In this document: one piece after another, positions 35,263 through 44,867 of the stretch
Numbering within the stretch: the stretch's first letter is position 1
Layout of the letters: the number at the start of each line of letters is the position of its first letter
The notes under the pieces: generated by a model
Database searches by the model: none
What the model saw: the letters and a program-made list of their open reading frames with translations, nothing else
Told to the model about the DNA's origin: nothing
Program-made: the position numbers and the translations under genes
Source of the DNA: Malassezia furfur
Lineage: Eukaryota
Assembly (NCBI GenBank): GCA_052055015.1
Contig: JBQJIT010000021.1
DNA: 62,192 nucleotides
Strand: one strand, 5' to 3'

Positions 35263-36324
35263 ATGCTGCGGCGGTCGGAGCATACGTACGCTTTGCCCTC
35301 TTCCAGAAATTCGCCCCAAAGAAGCCCCAACCAGTCGCGTTCGGCGCCGCCGTCTCCTGGCGGAGGAATTTTGCTAGCCACTCCTATCCAATATGGCAGT
35401 ACTGTCCCGCAGCCGCTTGCATACCGCCATGCGAATTGGTCTTCTTCGTCGCTTCCAACAACTCCACGCGCGCCCTCACCCAAGGTGACGATGGAACCAC
35501 CGTTGCAGGCGCAATCTGTGGACCGTATGGGTTATGATGCGACCAAGTGGTCCTTGGTCGCGATTGAACGGCCGCAGATCCGTGCCAAATATGTGGTATC
35601 GCTGTTGTACTGGCCCACCAAGACTCTGTACACCTGGCCTATCGATCCCCGCAAGCCTCCTGCGCAAGGCACCTGTTTTGTAACGCGCGTGGATGTCACC
35701 GACCAGTTGGAGACGGATGCGAACGGAACGTTGCGTAAAAGTTTGCGCTTGCTCGAAGATTGTCTACGTGCATGGATTCGGTATACACGGTCAAGCTCGC
35801 ACCCGCGTTCACGCTCTCCTAGTGGTACTGGGCGTATCGTTGCGACGGACACCGAGATTGAGCAAGTCAGCATGATGCTTCACCTCCAGCTCACGACGCC
35901 AGCGGCACGCGCCCAATGGCTAAGCAGGCAAAATGTGCCCGATGTGATCCCGGTATCGACGCCAACATCGCCGGTAGTTACACCTGGCTCCATTCGGGAG
36001 GAACCAGTGAGGACGCCTGGGTCGGGGACGCCAGGTGGGATGACGCTCTCGCCGACGTCCGTGCGCCGAGCGCCTTCTGGTTTTGCGCCGGTTTCGCCTC
36101 CATCTCAGGATGGGCGCCGGAGGATGCCTATGTCCCACAAGGTCACACTTCCTCCAGAACCTGAGACAGGGAGCAGGGGACGCGCTCCCGCCGTGCTCGT
36201 AACTGAACCGGCGCCGGCGCCTGCGTCCCTGCCGACCATGGATGCTGTACACCCCAAGAAATCCAACCTAGACTCGGCCATTGAGGCACTCTCCCTGCAG
36301 GACGGACCTTCTCCTGTTGTCTAA
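35263..36324 (+). CDS. Hypothetical protein (S/P-rich termini, ordered central segment)
   Basis: Long ORF filling the space between tRNA-Arg and FKS1. The central WSLVAIERPQIRAKYVVSLLYWPTKTLYTWPIDP...LLEDCLRAWIRY segment looks globular. No family recognised. Confidence 0.6.
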   Translation: MLRRSEHTYALPSSRNSPQRSPNQSRSAPPSPGGGILLATPIQYGSTVPQPLAYRHANWSSSSLPTTPRAPSPKVTMEPPLQAQSVDRMGYDATKWSLVAIERPQIRAKYVVSLLYWPTKTLYTWPIDPRKPPAQGTCFVTRVDVTDQLETDANGTLRKSLRLLEDCLRAWIRYTRSSSHPRSRSPSGTGRIVATDTEIEQVSMMLHLQLTTPAARAQWLSRQNVPDVIPVSTPTSPVVTPGSIREEPVRTPGSGTPGGMTLSPTSVRRAPSGFAPVSPPSQDGRRRMPMSHKVTLPPEPETGSRGRAPAVLVTEPAPAPASLPTMDAVHPKKSNLDSAIEALSLQDGPSPVV

Positions 36325-36718
36325 ACAATATGATAACCGAAAAGTTTATAGCACGGCCTTGAATGTCTATAGAAACGCTAATGCTGGGCCACACCTTTTA
36401 GGATGCATCGGCGCACGGTGCGTCACTCGGCGGTGCCCGATGCTGTGGAGGCGGCCCGCCTCCATCGGGCTCGTGCCAAGAGCACTGCCCCGCACCGCGT
36501 AGCGCCGCGGGGGCAGTGCTGCGTCCGCAGAGGGCCGTATGTCACACGCAGGAGAAATCGAATCGCTTTTTCGTTGCAGGGATCCGCGCTGCGAGAGGGA
36601 CATGCAGCGCGGCAGCTATTTATGGGAGGTCGTCGTAGCAGCAACCGGAAAGATCGGGAAAAAAGGGGGGAAGGGGAAGGGGAGCGCAACGTACGCCATA
36701 CCGCGGCACACGCACCAC

Positions 36719-39700
36719 TTAGAGCGTAGCGCAGAAGTGGCACAGGTCCGCCTTGGTCTGGTCGCTGCGCGTGCTTGCAATGATAATTGGCACAAGAATC
36801 AGCGCAAGGAAGACGATCCAGGCAAAGGCAAACACCACTGAGTACCGCAGCACAATCGAGCGACGCTGTGCGCGCTGGCGGAGCGAATAGATCGGCGCGT
36901 GAATCTGCTTCGAAGGGCGCAGCCAGAACAGCGCGGTAGAGTGCAGGCGGTCCACGAAGGGCACGGCGAGCGGGATGGACAGCGCAAAGAGGAGCAGGTG
37001 CGCAGTGATAAAGTCGGCCGTGAACATGCTCATCTCGATAATCTTGACCACATACTCGCGTGCCGGCTGGCTGAACGCGTGCCCACCAAGGCCACGACCG
37101 TACCAGCGGCCTGTCCACCACGCACGGTTCGTCTCATCATGCTTGAGCTCGCGTGAGATAACCACCGAAATGAGAATCTTCATAATGGCGCGCTGAATCG
37201 CAATCATGGCCATGATACCGAGCACGGTGTTACCCGTGTTGTAGTACTCAATGTACCACAGGAATTCACCCACGGCCAAGATGCCACCGACAGCGAGGAG
37301 GTGCGCCACAGCGGCAATCACGCTGCCGAATTTGGCACAGCACGAATGCAGCGCCGGACCAAAGAAGAGACTCACGAGGAATAGGATGAGAAGCACCGCG
37401 GCGTTCCACGCGATCGGCACGAGCGAGATGATCGCCAGGCGCGCAATGCCGCCCTGGCGGTCGTTCTCGAGGGTGGTCCCCGGAAGCGCCGGGAAGCTCT
37501 TCACGAAGCAGTAGCACACCGAGATAATCACGGCGATCGCCACCGGCACAGCGACCTCGTGGTACAGGATGGTTTTCCATCCTGCACGCGGCACGTCGTT
37601 GGCGAGCTTCTCGGAGGGGTGACCGAGACGCTTCTTCTTGTAGCCGGTGATGCGCGTACGGCTCAGGCGCGTGTAGCCGATCCAGGAGTTGGCGTGGCTG
37701 CGACTGTTGCCGCGCGACATCCAGCGCAAGAACTCGCGGTAGTCGATGATAAAGTCGGCCAGCGCGAACTGGTGCGGGTTGAACAGGAACGGAGCGACAC
37801 ACAGAGCGACCAAGCTGATCCAGAAGTAGATCAGGTGCGGCATCCACACGGCAAGCGTCGCATAGAAGCACATCAGCAGCGCACGCATCCCTGAATAGAT
37901 CGACGGCCCAGCAAAGCGGCTGTACAGCAGCGCAAACGTCTGGCGCGTCGTGGCAAAGCCACGGCCCGTGGCGATGTAGCGCGCACCACCAAACGACAGG
38001 TTCGAGATGATCGAGTGCGAGTAGATCTGCGTGATGAAGATCTCAAACAGCGGGCTGAGCGAGACGAATTGCTTCATCAGACGCACGAGAGAGGCAATCG
38101 CACCGCGCTCCGAAAGCTCCTGAAGGAACAGCGGCAGGAAGGCGATCATGAACACCAACAGGATCGAAATGACGGTGCGCTGCACCCAGTAGGTCACCGG
38201 GCTCAGGTAGTAGCACGTGCCGGTGCCCAGGATGAAGCCGCTGTCCGAGTACGGGCAGGCCTGCAGCGAGGCGTTCAGTGTGCCAATAAACATCAGCGCA
38301 AACATGAACATGTGCACCGCAAAGATGACCATGATGTTGTTGATGTTGAAACCAGGGTGGCCGTAGTAGAACGTCAGGAAGCGGTCCACCGGGAGCTGTG
38401 TGCCGAGGTAGTAGTATTCGCGCGAAAGGATCTGCTCGCCCATACCGTTGCCGAGCTTGGTAATGAAGTTGAGAATCGTGCCAAAGCCCAGATCACGGCC
38501 CTTACCGCACTGGTAGTACTCGCAGTGCTTGATGCGACCACCACGCGAGAAGACCATGATACCGGCGTAGATATCCTCGTTGAGATGCAGACCCTTTTGC
38601 GCCTTGGACACACCGCCGCGCGTGTTCATGTAGAGCGAGTTCAAAAAGTCGGGGTGGCCGTAGTGGAACTTGCCGCCAATCTGCGCCAAGCCACGACCCG
38701 CAAGCGTACCGAAGGTCTGCTCCTTGCCAGCAGCCACGTCACCCAGAATACCAATGTTCTCCGAGAAGATGTACTCACGCGAACCGACGATCGCCACCTG
38801 CGCCTTATCGAACACGCCGGCATGCGGCCCGTACGGGTTTTCCAATGGCATGTCGATCGTCTCGAACTCGGCCAAAACGTTGCGGATCTTGAGACACTCT
38901 TCCAGGTAGTTGTCCTGGTTCGCGTCGATCAGCTGCAAGAACTCGCCGCGCGTGAAGATGATTGCATGGTTCTGGTTGTCCGACTTGCCGTCACCCAAGA
39001 TCGGGTTGCCGGGCAACTCGACACGGAACTTGGGGCGGCGGCGGCCGCTCGGCAGCATCTCCGAGTGGCCATCCACCAGCGCCGAGAACCAGCGCGACTC
39101 GCCGCCCTCTTTACGCGCAGGCTCCTCGTCCAGGTAAGCAATCAGCAGATCGGGGTAGGCGCGCAGCAAGAACTCGGTGTTCTCAATCTCTTCCTTGTTG
39201 AAACGCGAGTAGCGCTGCATCGAAATGACAAATTTGAACTTGCGGCGGCTCATGCGCTCCAATTCACGCTCCAGACGCTCCGTGTTGCCCCCGAACAGCT
39301 GCACCACCTCAGGGTTCTCGACACGATACATCAGCTTGATAGCCTTGTTGTAGTTCATGAAGCCAGACACGGTACGGTACAGCGTTTGGGCACGCAGCGA
39401 GGACCAAATACGCGTACGCAGAGTGTACTCCGGCGCAGCCGACTTAAAACCGATGCAGTAGAAAGGCAAGTCGTCCGTCTTGGCGCCATTCTTCATTCCG
39501 TTCTTTTCGTCTTCCATACCAAACGGCGCCGCGACGGGGAAGCCGCTCGTTTCCTCGGCAAGAATCTTGGTGTCCTTCACGAAATTGTCCCATTCGACCG
39601 GGTGGAGCTGCTTGAGATACTCGAGCAGCGTCACACGTGTGTTCTGGTCCTCTTCACGGATAATCTCACGCAGTGACAGCAAAATCTTTTCACTGTAGTG

Positions 39701-42052
39701 CGGGGTGAGCACCGAGAAGGTGGGCATCGCATCCACGGGCACCGGCTCGGGCAGCGAGGTGGTGAGCGACTGCGCAAAGAAGCTGATGCGGCGTTCGGCC
39801 TCAGAGCCCTTGGGGAAGAACTCAGGCTTGTGCGAGTCCATCTGGTTCAGGAAGAAGGGCGGCGCGCGCAGCGTGCGCTTGTACGGCGCATCCTCAGCAG
39901 GCGCCTGGTGGTAGAGCAGGCGCTGGACGTGGTCGATGGAGAGGAGGTGCTCACGGTACATGGAGATGATAATGGCGTTCCACACTTGGGACACCAACAC
40001 CTTCGGCTTGTACTTCACCTCCATGTCCTGAGTCGCCAGCAGCTTCGAGTAGATGCGCTTCGGCAGGCGCTGGAAAATGTCCGACCACGGAGTCCACACC
40101 GACAGACCGCTGGCAAACGCCCAGCCCAGACTGAACACGGTGCTCCACACGACATACCACAGGAACGTGTCCAGGAAGAAGAGAATCACGTCCATCAGCA
40201 TGATCGCCGCCAGCGTAAACGCAGGTTGAAGCGAGCACAGGTGCGAGCCAAAGTAGCGGTCGTCACAGTCCTGTACACGCATCGTCACCAGCACACCGAA
40301 GGGATCACGCATGGACAGCGTCAGGAAGAAGTAGCTTTCCGTGAGCTTGCAGCCGAACACGAGCACCCAGAGCAGAATCGAGAAGAAACGGCGGCTGACG
40401 GGCAGCTTGGCATACGATGCGGTGAAAGTCTGGTTCGCAAGATACTTGCGCTTGCGGCCGTTCACTTTGTCACCAAACATCCGCCCCGACGGTACGATGG
40501 AGAAAAAGGCCGTAATCACTGCGGAGACGGCGAGGTGCACCTTGGCAATGATGCTGCCCACCTTTCCGTCCTTATTCCAGCCAAACACGTACACCGAAGG
40601 CGCAATAGTGATACCCAGACAGAAACCCATAAAGATCACACGTCGGATCAAGTGGTTGGTGTTGTTCCACGTCGTAGGGATGTAGGTCACCTCGACGAGC
40701 GTCGCGAGCAGCATCAGGAAGGTCGACACAGCGCCACCCAGTGCCGACGCAGTGAGCATCTCGGCCTCAGATGCCTGGCGGTACGGCTCGTACGCCTTGG
40801 GTGCGTTGTAGGCCATAAAGTACCAGTAGAGCGAAATGTGGAAAATCCAAATGCGGTTGAAGTTGACCAAGAGGTGCAGGAACGAACGCGTCTCCTTGTA
40901 TGTCTTGAAAAACGCCTTACTCCAGTCAATCTTGTCAAACTTCATGAAGCGCTGGTGCGGCGGCACATCAACGAGACGCGTACGGTCGTTGAGCTGGATG
41001 CGCTCAATCCCCTCAGGGTACCAGAACAGCTGGTTTACATCGTCGTAGCCAATCGTCCGGTCGTGGTCGCGCTCCTTCTTGATGAACTTGCCGTCGACCA
41101 CTTCAAACACCTGATCGCGCAGGAAGCGGTAGAGCGGTTTCACCACCGAGTGCAGATACAGTCCCTCGGGCACCGGCTCCATGCGGTTCTGGCACTCGGG
41201 CGAGCGGTAGTAGTCGTCGGCGCACTTGAAAATGAAGCACAGGCACTCGGGCACGAAACGGATCTGACTGCCCTCGCCCCAGCACATCAGGTAGAGCGCA
41301 ATCTGCCGCACACGGTCGTAGTCACCCATGCGCAACATAGCCTCGCGCCAACGGGTACGCGCTTGGTCGAGCGACTTGTTCGAGCCAAACAGGCTGCTGC
41401 GGGGGCGCTGTGCCTTGCCCGTACGGTTCGCAATGCTCGCTGCACGTGCCAGGCCCGGGTTCTGCGCCTTGCCGATTGCATCGTCAAGGTCGAGCTGTGC
41501 GGCAAAGTACCACTTGCGGTAGTTGGCGTGCTCGCCACCAATGTAGTCAGCGTGCAGCGTAAGCAGCGCCTGGCTCGGCGGCATACGACTCGCGCGCGAA
41601 TCAAGCAAGATCATCAGGTGGTCGTACATATTGCGCATGTTGTCGCGCTGGAACCCAAACTTGTTGGCCAGGTCGATGAAGATATCCTCGATCTCCTCCT
41701 TCGAGAGCGGGATGTTCTTGTCCACCGTCCAGGCCGGGTAGGGCTCACGCTGACGCACACCGGCTGTCGACTCGCGGTAGGCCTGCGTCGGCGACGACTG
41801 GGCATAGCCATTTTGACCGCCCGCTGCCGTGCTACTTCCGTACATGCGCGTCTCGGCGCTGTACGAGTCCCCCTTGTAGCCACCGGCATCGTAGTCGTCA
41901 CCGTCGTACATCGCCTGGCTGTCATTCGCACTCGCACCGGTGCGGTACTGGCTCTCGAGCGGCGAGTCGGGCGACTCCTGTGAATAGAAAGGGTTGTTGG
42001 CCTGAAGCCGCTGCGCGGGCGGCCCAGACGCCATGGGATACTGCTGCGCCAT
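36719..42052 (-). CDS. FKS1: 1,3-beta-glucan synthase catalytic subunit
   Basis: Intronless 1777-aa ORF with YRKWYFAAQLDLDD, EAERRISFFAQSL, ILGDGKSDNQNH, IDANQDNYLEECLKIR and LHLNEDIYAG. Confidence 0.98.
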   Translation of the reverse strand: MAQQYPMASGPPAQRLQANNPFYSQESPDSPLESQYRTGASANDSQAMYDGDDYDAGGYKGDSYSAETRMYGSSTAAGGQNGYAQSSPTQAYRESTAGVRQREPYPAWTVDKNIPLSKEEIEDIFIDLANKFGFQRDNMRNMYDHLMILLDSRASRMPPSQALLTLHADYIGGEHANYRKWYFAAQLDLDDAIGKAQNPGLARAASIANRTGKAQRPRSSLFGSNKSLDQARTRWREAMLRMGDYDRVRQIALYLMCWGEGSQIRFVPECLCFIFKCADDYYRSPECQNRMEPVPEGLYLHSVVKPLYRFLRDQVFEVVDGKFIKKERDHDRTIGYDDVNQLFWYPEGIERIQLNDRTRLVDVPPHQRFMKFDKIDWSKAFFKTYKETRSFLHLLVNFNRIWIFHISLYWYFMAYNAPKAYEPYRQASEAEMLTASALGGAVSTFLMLLATLVEVTYIPTTWNNTNHLIRRVIFMGFCLGITIAPSVYVFGWNKDGKVGSIIAKVHLAVSAVITAFFSIVPSGRMFGDKVNGRKRKYLANQTFTASYAKLPVSRRFFSILLWVLVFGCKLTESYFFLTLSMRDPFGVLVTMRVQDCDDRYFGSHLCSLQPAFTLAAIMLMDVILFFLDTFLWYVVWSTVFSLGWAFASGLSVWTPWSDIFQRLPKRIYSKLLATQDMEVKYKPKVLVSQVWNAIIISMYREHLLSIDHVQRLLYHQAPAEDAPYKRTLRAPPFFLNQMDSHKPEFFPKGSEAERRISFFAQSLTTSLPEPVPVDAMPTFSVLTPHYSEKILLSLREIIREEDQNTRVTLLEYLKQLHPVEWDNFVKDTKILAEETSGFPVAAPFGMEDEKNGMKNGAKTDDLPFYCIGFKSAAPEYTLRTRIWSSLRAQTLYRTVSGFMNYNKAIKLMYRVENPEVVQLFGGNTERLERELERMSRRKFKFVISMQRYSRFNKEEIENTEFLLRAYPDLLIAYLDEEPARKEGGESRWFSALVDGHSEMLPSGRRRPKFRVELPGNPILGDGKSDNQNHAIIFTRGEFLQLIDANQDNYLEECLKIRNVLAEFETIDMPLENPYGPHAGVFDKAQVAIVGSREYIFSENIGILGDVAAGKEQTFGTLAGRGLAQIGGKFHYGHPDFLNSLYMNTRGGVSKAQKGLHLNEDIYAGIMVFSRGGRIKHCEYYQCGKGRDLGFGTILNFITKLGNGMGEQILSREYYYLGTQLPVDRFLTFYYGHPGFNINNIMVIFAVHMFMFALMFIGTLNASLQACPYSDSGFILGTGTCYYLSPVTYWVQRTVISILLVFMIAFLPLFLQELSERGAIASLVRLMKQFVSLSPLFEIFITQIYSHSIISNLSFGGARYIATGRGFATTRQTFALLYSRFAGPSIYSGMRALLMCFYATLAVWMPHLIYFWISLVALCVAPFLFNPHQFALADFIIDYREFLRWMSRGNSRSHANSWIGYTRLSRTRITGYKKKRLGHPSEKLANDVPRAGWKTILYHEVAVPVAIAVIISVCYCFVKSFPALPGTTLENDRQGGIARLAIISLVPIAWNAAVLLILFLVSLFFGPALHSCCAKFGSVIAAVAHLLAVGGILAVGEFLWYIEYYNTGNTVLGIMAMIAIQRAIMKILISVVISRELKHDETNRAWWTGRWYGRGLGGHAFSQPAREYVVKIIEMSMFTADFITAHLLLFALSIPLAVPFVDRLHSTALFWLRPSKQIHAPIYSLRQRAQRRSIVLRYSVVFAFAWIVFLALILVPIIIASTRSDQTKADLCHFCATL

Positions 42053-42904
42053 GTTATGGGCAGGTTACGTTGATCAGATTTCGTGCAAACACACGAGCGG
42101 TCCACGCGAAGCGGTGGGGTACGGTGTCGTTGTTGCGCTTTCCGTGCCTGTTCCGCAGAGACTACGAAATCAATCCCTGCAGCGGCAAGCACAAAAACAC
42201 GCTGGTCGCAAAGAATCAATTGACCTGTCTTGGAAACAGACAGTTACCAACGATCCTGAGCGGAACAAACGAGCTGTCCACGAATCCCCCCCGGTGGTCA
42301 GACGAGAGAAAGCGAAGGAGCGCAGCTGATCCCAGCGCGCTGTCCGCCGCGCTTATGCACTGCGATGCAAAAAGTCCCAGGAGTTCCGAACTTCCAACGC
42401 GTCGCCCAAGCTGCAACATGCTCTGCGATTGGCTGTACCGGTTTGCCAGGTGGCCAACACTTGCCATTAGATTTCTGTGGCCCAATCCCCGGTTGCATGA
42501 TTGTCTAGGCGCCAGCCACCCGCCAATTATTTCCCCGACACTTGCGCACCGCGCCACGCCGGCTCGATCGTCGGGACTGCGGGCTGCGGCAAATTCGCAT
42601 AATACCCCGCCAAGCACGACGCAATCGCCGCGTGGCCCTGCGCGCTCCTGCAGCTGCCCTGACAGCGTAACACGCGTGCTGGTATGTGCGTACCGTGTAA
42701 GCCGCACCTACGCGCCGCGCAGGGCCACTCAGGCACGCCAGCCCCTGGCCCCGAGCGCGCGCGTCCGGACCACCCGAGTAGCGGTTCAAGACGCGAAAAC
42801 CACGCGCGACGCGCTGGCAGACGACTTATGCGAGGCCATCGGGCTGCAGTACAGGGGTGGAGATCGCCGTGGTTTGTATTACAGAACGCTATTCAAAAGA
42901 AAAG

Positions 42905-44562
42905 TTAAGCCGCCGCCTCTTGGGGGGTCGCGCCAACAGCGGGGGGGGAGCGGCGCGAGAATGCGAGGCGCGCACCGTCCTGGGGGTAGATCGTAGCAAT
43001 AACCATTACCTTCTCGCTCAGCTCCGTCACATCGTGCGTCCAGTCCAGGAGGATCGAAGCCGTGCCGATCACTGCCATGAGGTGCTGCACGGCGTACTCC
43101 TTGCCAATGCAGTTGTGCGGACCGCTGCCAAACACGAGGTAGTTCTTCGCGTGCGACTGAGCCGGGGAGCCTGCACCCTCCAGCCAGCGCTCCGGCTTGA
43201 ACTCGTCCGGCGACGGGTATGCCTCGGGGTCGTGCAAGCTGTTCCAGAAGCTGGGGATAACCATGGCGCCCTTGGGCACGGTGTAGTCCTTGTTGATAGG
43301 GAATGCCTTGGTCGTCTTGTACGGCACCATGATCACCGGCGGCTTCAAACGCAAGCTCTCGCGGACGACGGCACGCGTGTACTCCATCTTTTCCACAAGG
43401 TCGATCGTCAGCGGCGCGTCGACATCGTTGCCGCGCAGCGTGTACTGCTCCTCGCGCAGCTTGCGGAGCACATCAGGGTGATCCGCAAGGTGCTGGAAGA
43501 GGTACGTGAGGCCACTCGACATGGCATCCTGCGACGCAAACAGGAAACTCAGGAGCACCATGCCGATCTCGCGGTCGGAGAAGTCGCGCAGCAGCACCTT
43601 GCGCTGATCGTCCTGCAGGTCCTCGTTCTCGCGGTTCTCGCGCGCGTCAACCATAGCACGCACCCAGGCGTCCGTGAGACAGGTGACCTCTTCACCGGCC
43701 GCCATGCGCTTCTTGCTCTCGGCCGCAGTGTGCTCGAACCAGCGCATGGCCATCTTGCGCGCCTGAATCGCCTTGTACACCTTGGTGCCGGGGAACGCAA
43801 AGGGGAAGTTGACCAGCTCAAGCGCCATGGTGATGAGCCAGTAGTGGTCGGAGATCTCTTGCGCACCATGCTCGGGGATGTAGTTGCCGCAGAACACGCG
43901 CAGCGACGTCTCCATGTTGAGGTTGCGGAGCGCCATCATGAACGGCTTCGGCTCCTTGTTCGCATCCGAAAGCCACTCAGAGAAGTGCTTGCGGTAGATC
44001 GACTCTTGGATCTGCAGATAGATGCTGGGGTCAGTAAGTATGCAACGTACCCCAACGCACGACTCGTGAAGAGCGAGTTGAGGCCCTTGCGGTAGTCGAC
44101 GTGCTGCTTGCCGTTCAAGAACACCCAGTTGTCGGGAGACAGTACTTTCTTCGCCGAGGCCACCAGACACGGCTCAGCGTAGGTCGGGCTGTTGAGGATC
44201 TTGCGCGAGTAGTCCGTGGACGAAGCAATCACAATAAAGATGTGGAAGACACTCGCGACGCTCAACGCGCCGCTGTTCCAGCCCTCCTGGTACTTCTCCA
44301 GGCTGGGGCGAAGCGAGTCGGCAAACTTGCCGATCACCGGAATAGTCCACGTTGGACCTGGCAGACCGCCCTTCTTGCGGCGGTATACGATCTGCTCCAA
44401 GCACAGCAGTGAGGCAATCACCGCCAGCACCGTAAACGCGATCTGGGTGCCAGACGCGTTTGCGAAGAAGCCCGTACCGGCCGAGGCACCCTCTGTGGCA
44501 TGGTGAGTAAGATTCATGCCCCACCCGGAGGCACTGAAGGACGAGGCAATGTCGGCTGTCAT
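42905..44562 (-). CDS. ERG5: Cytochrome P450 CYP61, sterol C-22 desaturase; intron 44050-44025
   Basis: Motifs: EQIVYRRKKGGLPG, SVFHIFIVIASS, NWVFL, FLFASQDA, ESLRLKPPVIMVPY, PERW and heme motif FGSGPHNCIG. Confidence 0.95.
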
Positions 44563-44867
44563 CGTCGTTAGTCGCAACTCAAAATTCCCAGCACGTCCAA
44601 TCGGTTCTGGCGTGGTTTGGTCAGCAACTCCCCCGGGGGCGGCCGCCGGCCAATCGAGAATGGCTTTCTCCCAATTAAGGCCCTACTAGGTTCACATGAC
44701 ACACGACCAAAATCAGGCCATCCGGCGCAGCGCAGCGCAACACCGCAGCGTTTTGACATGAGCCATGAAGCGTTTGTATAGGAAGGGGCTATATAGTACA
44801 GAGAATAGGCCCAGCGAACGTCCCCGATGTTCGCATCGATAGTCCGTAACGCTCGCAAGGTAGGATC

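Noticed and set aside
38015..44095. Plus-strand ORFs of 553, 761, 338 and 412 aa opposite FKS1/ERG5 or in their spacer
   Set aside because: Mirror frames of biased genes or low-information GC-rich ORFs without recognisable domains.
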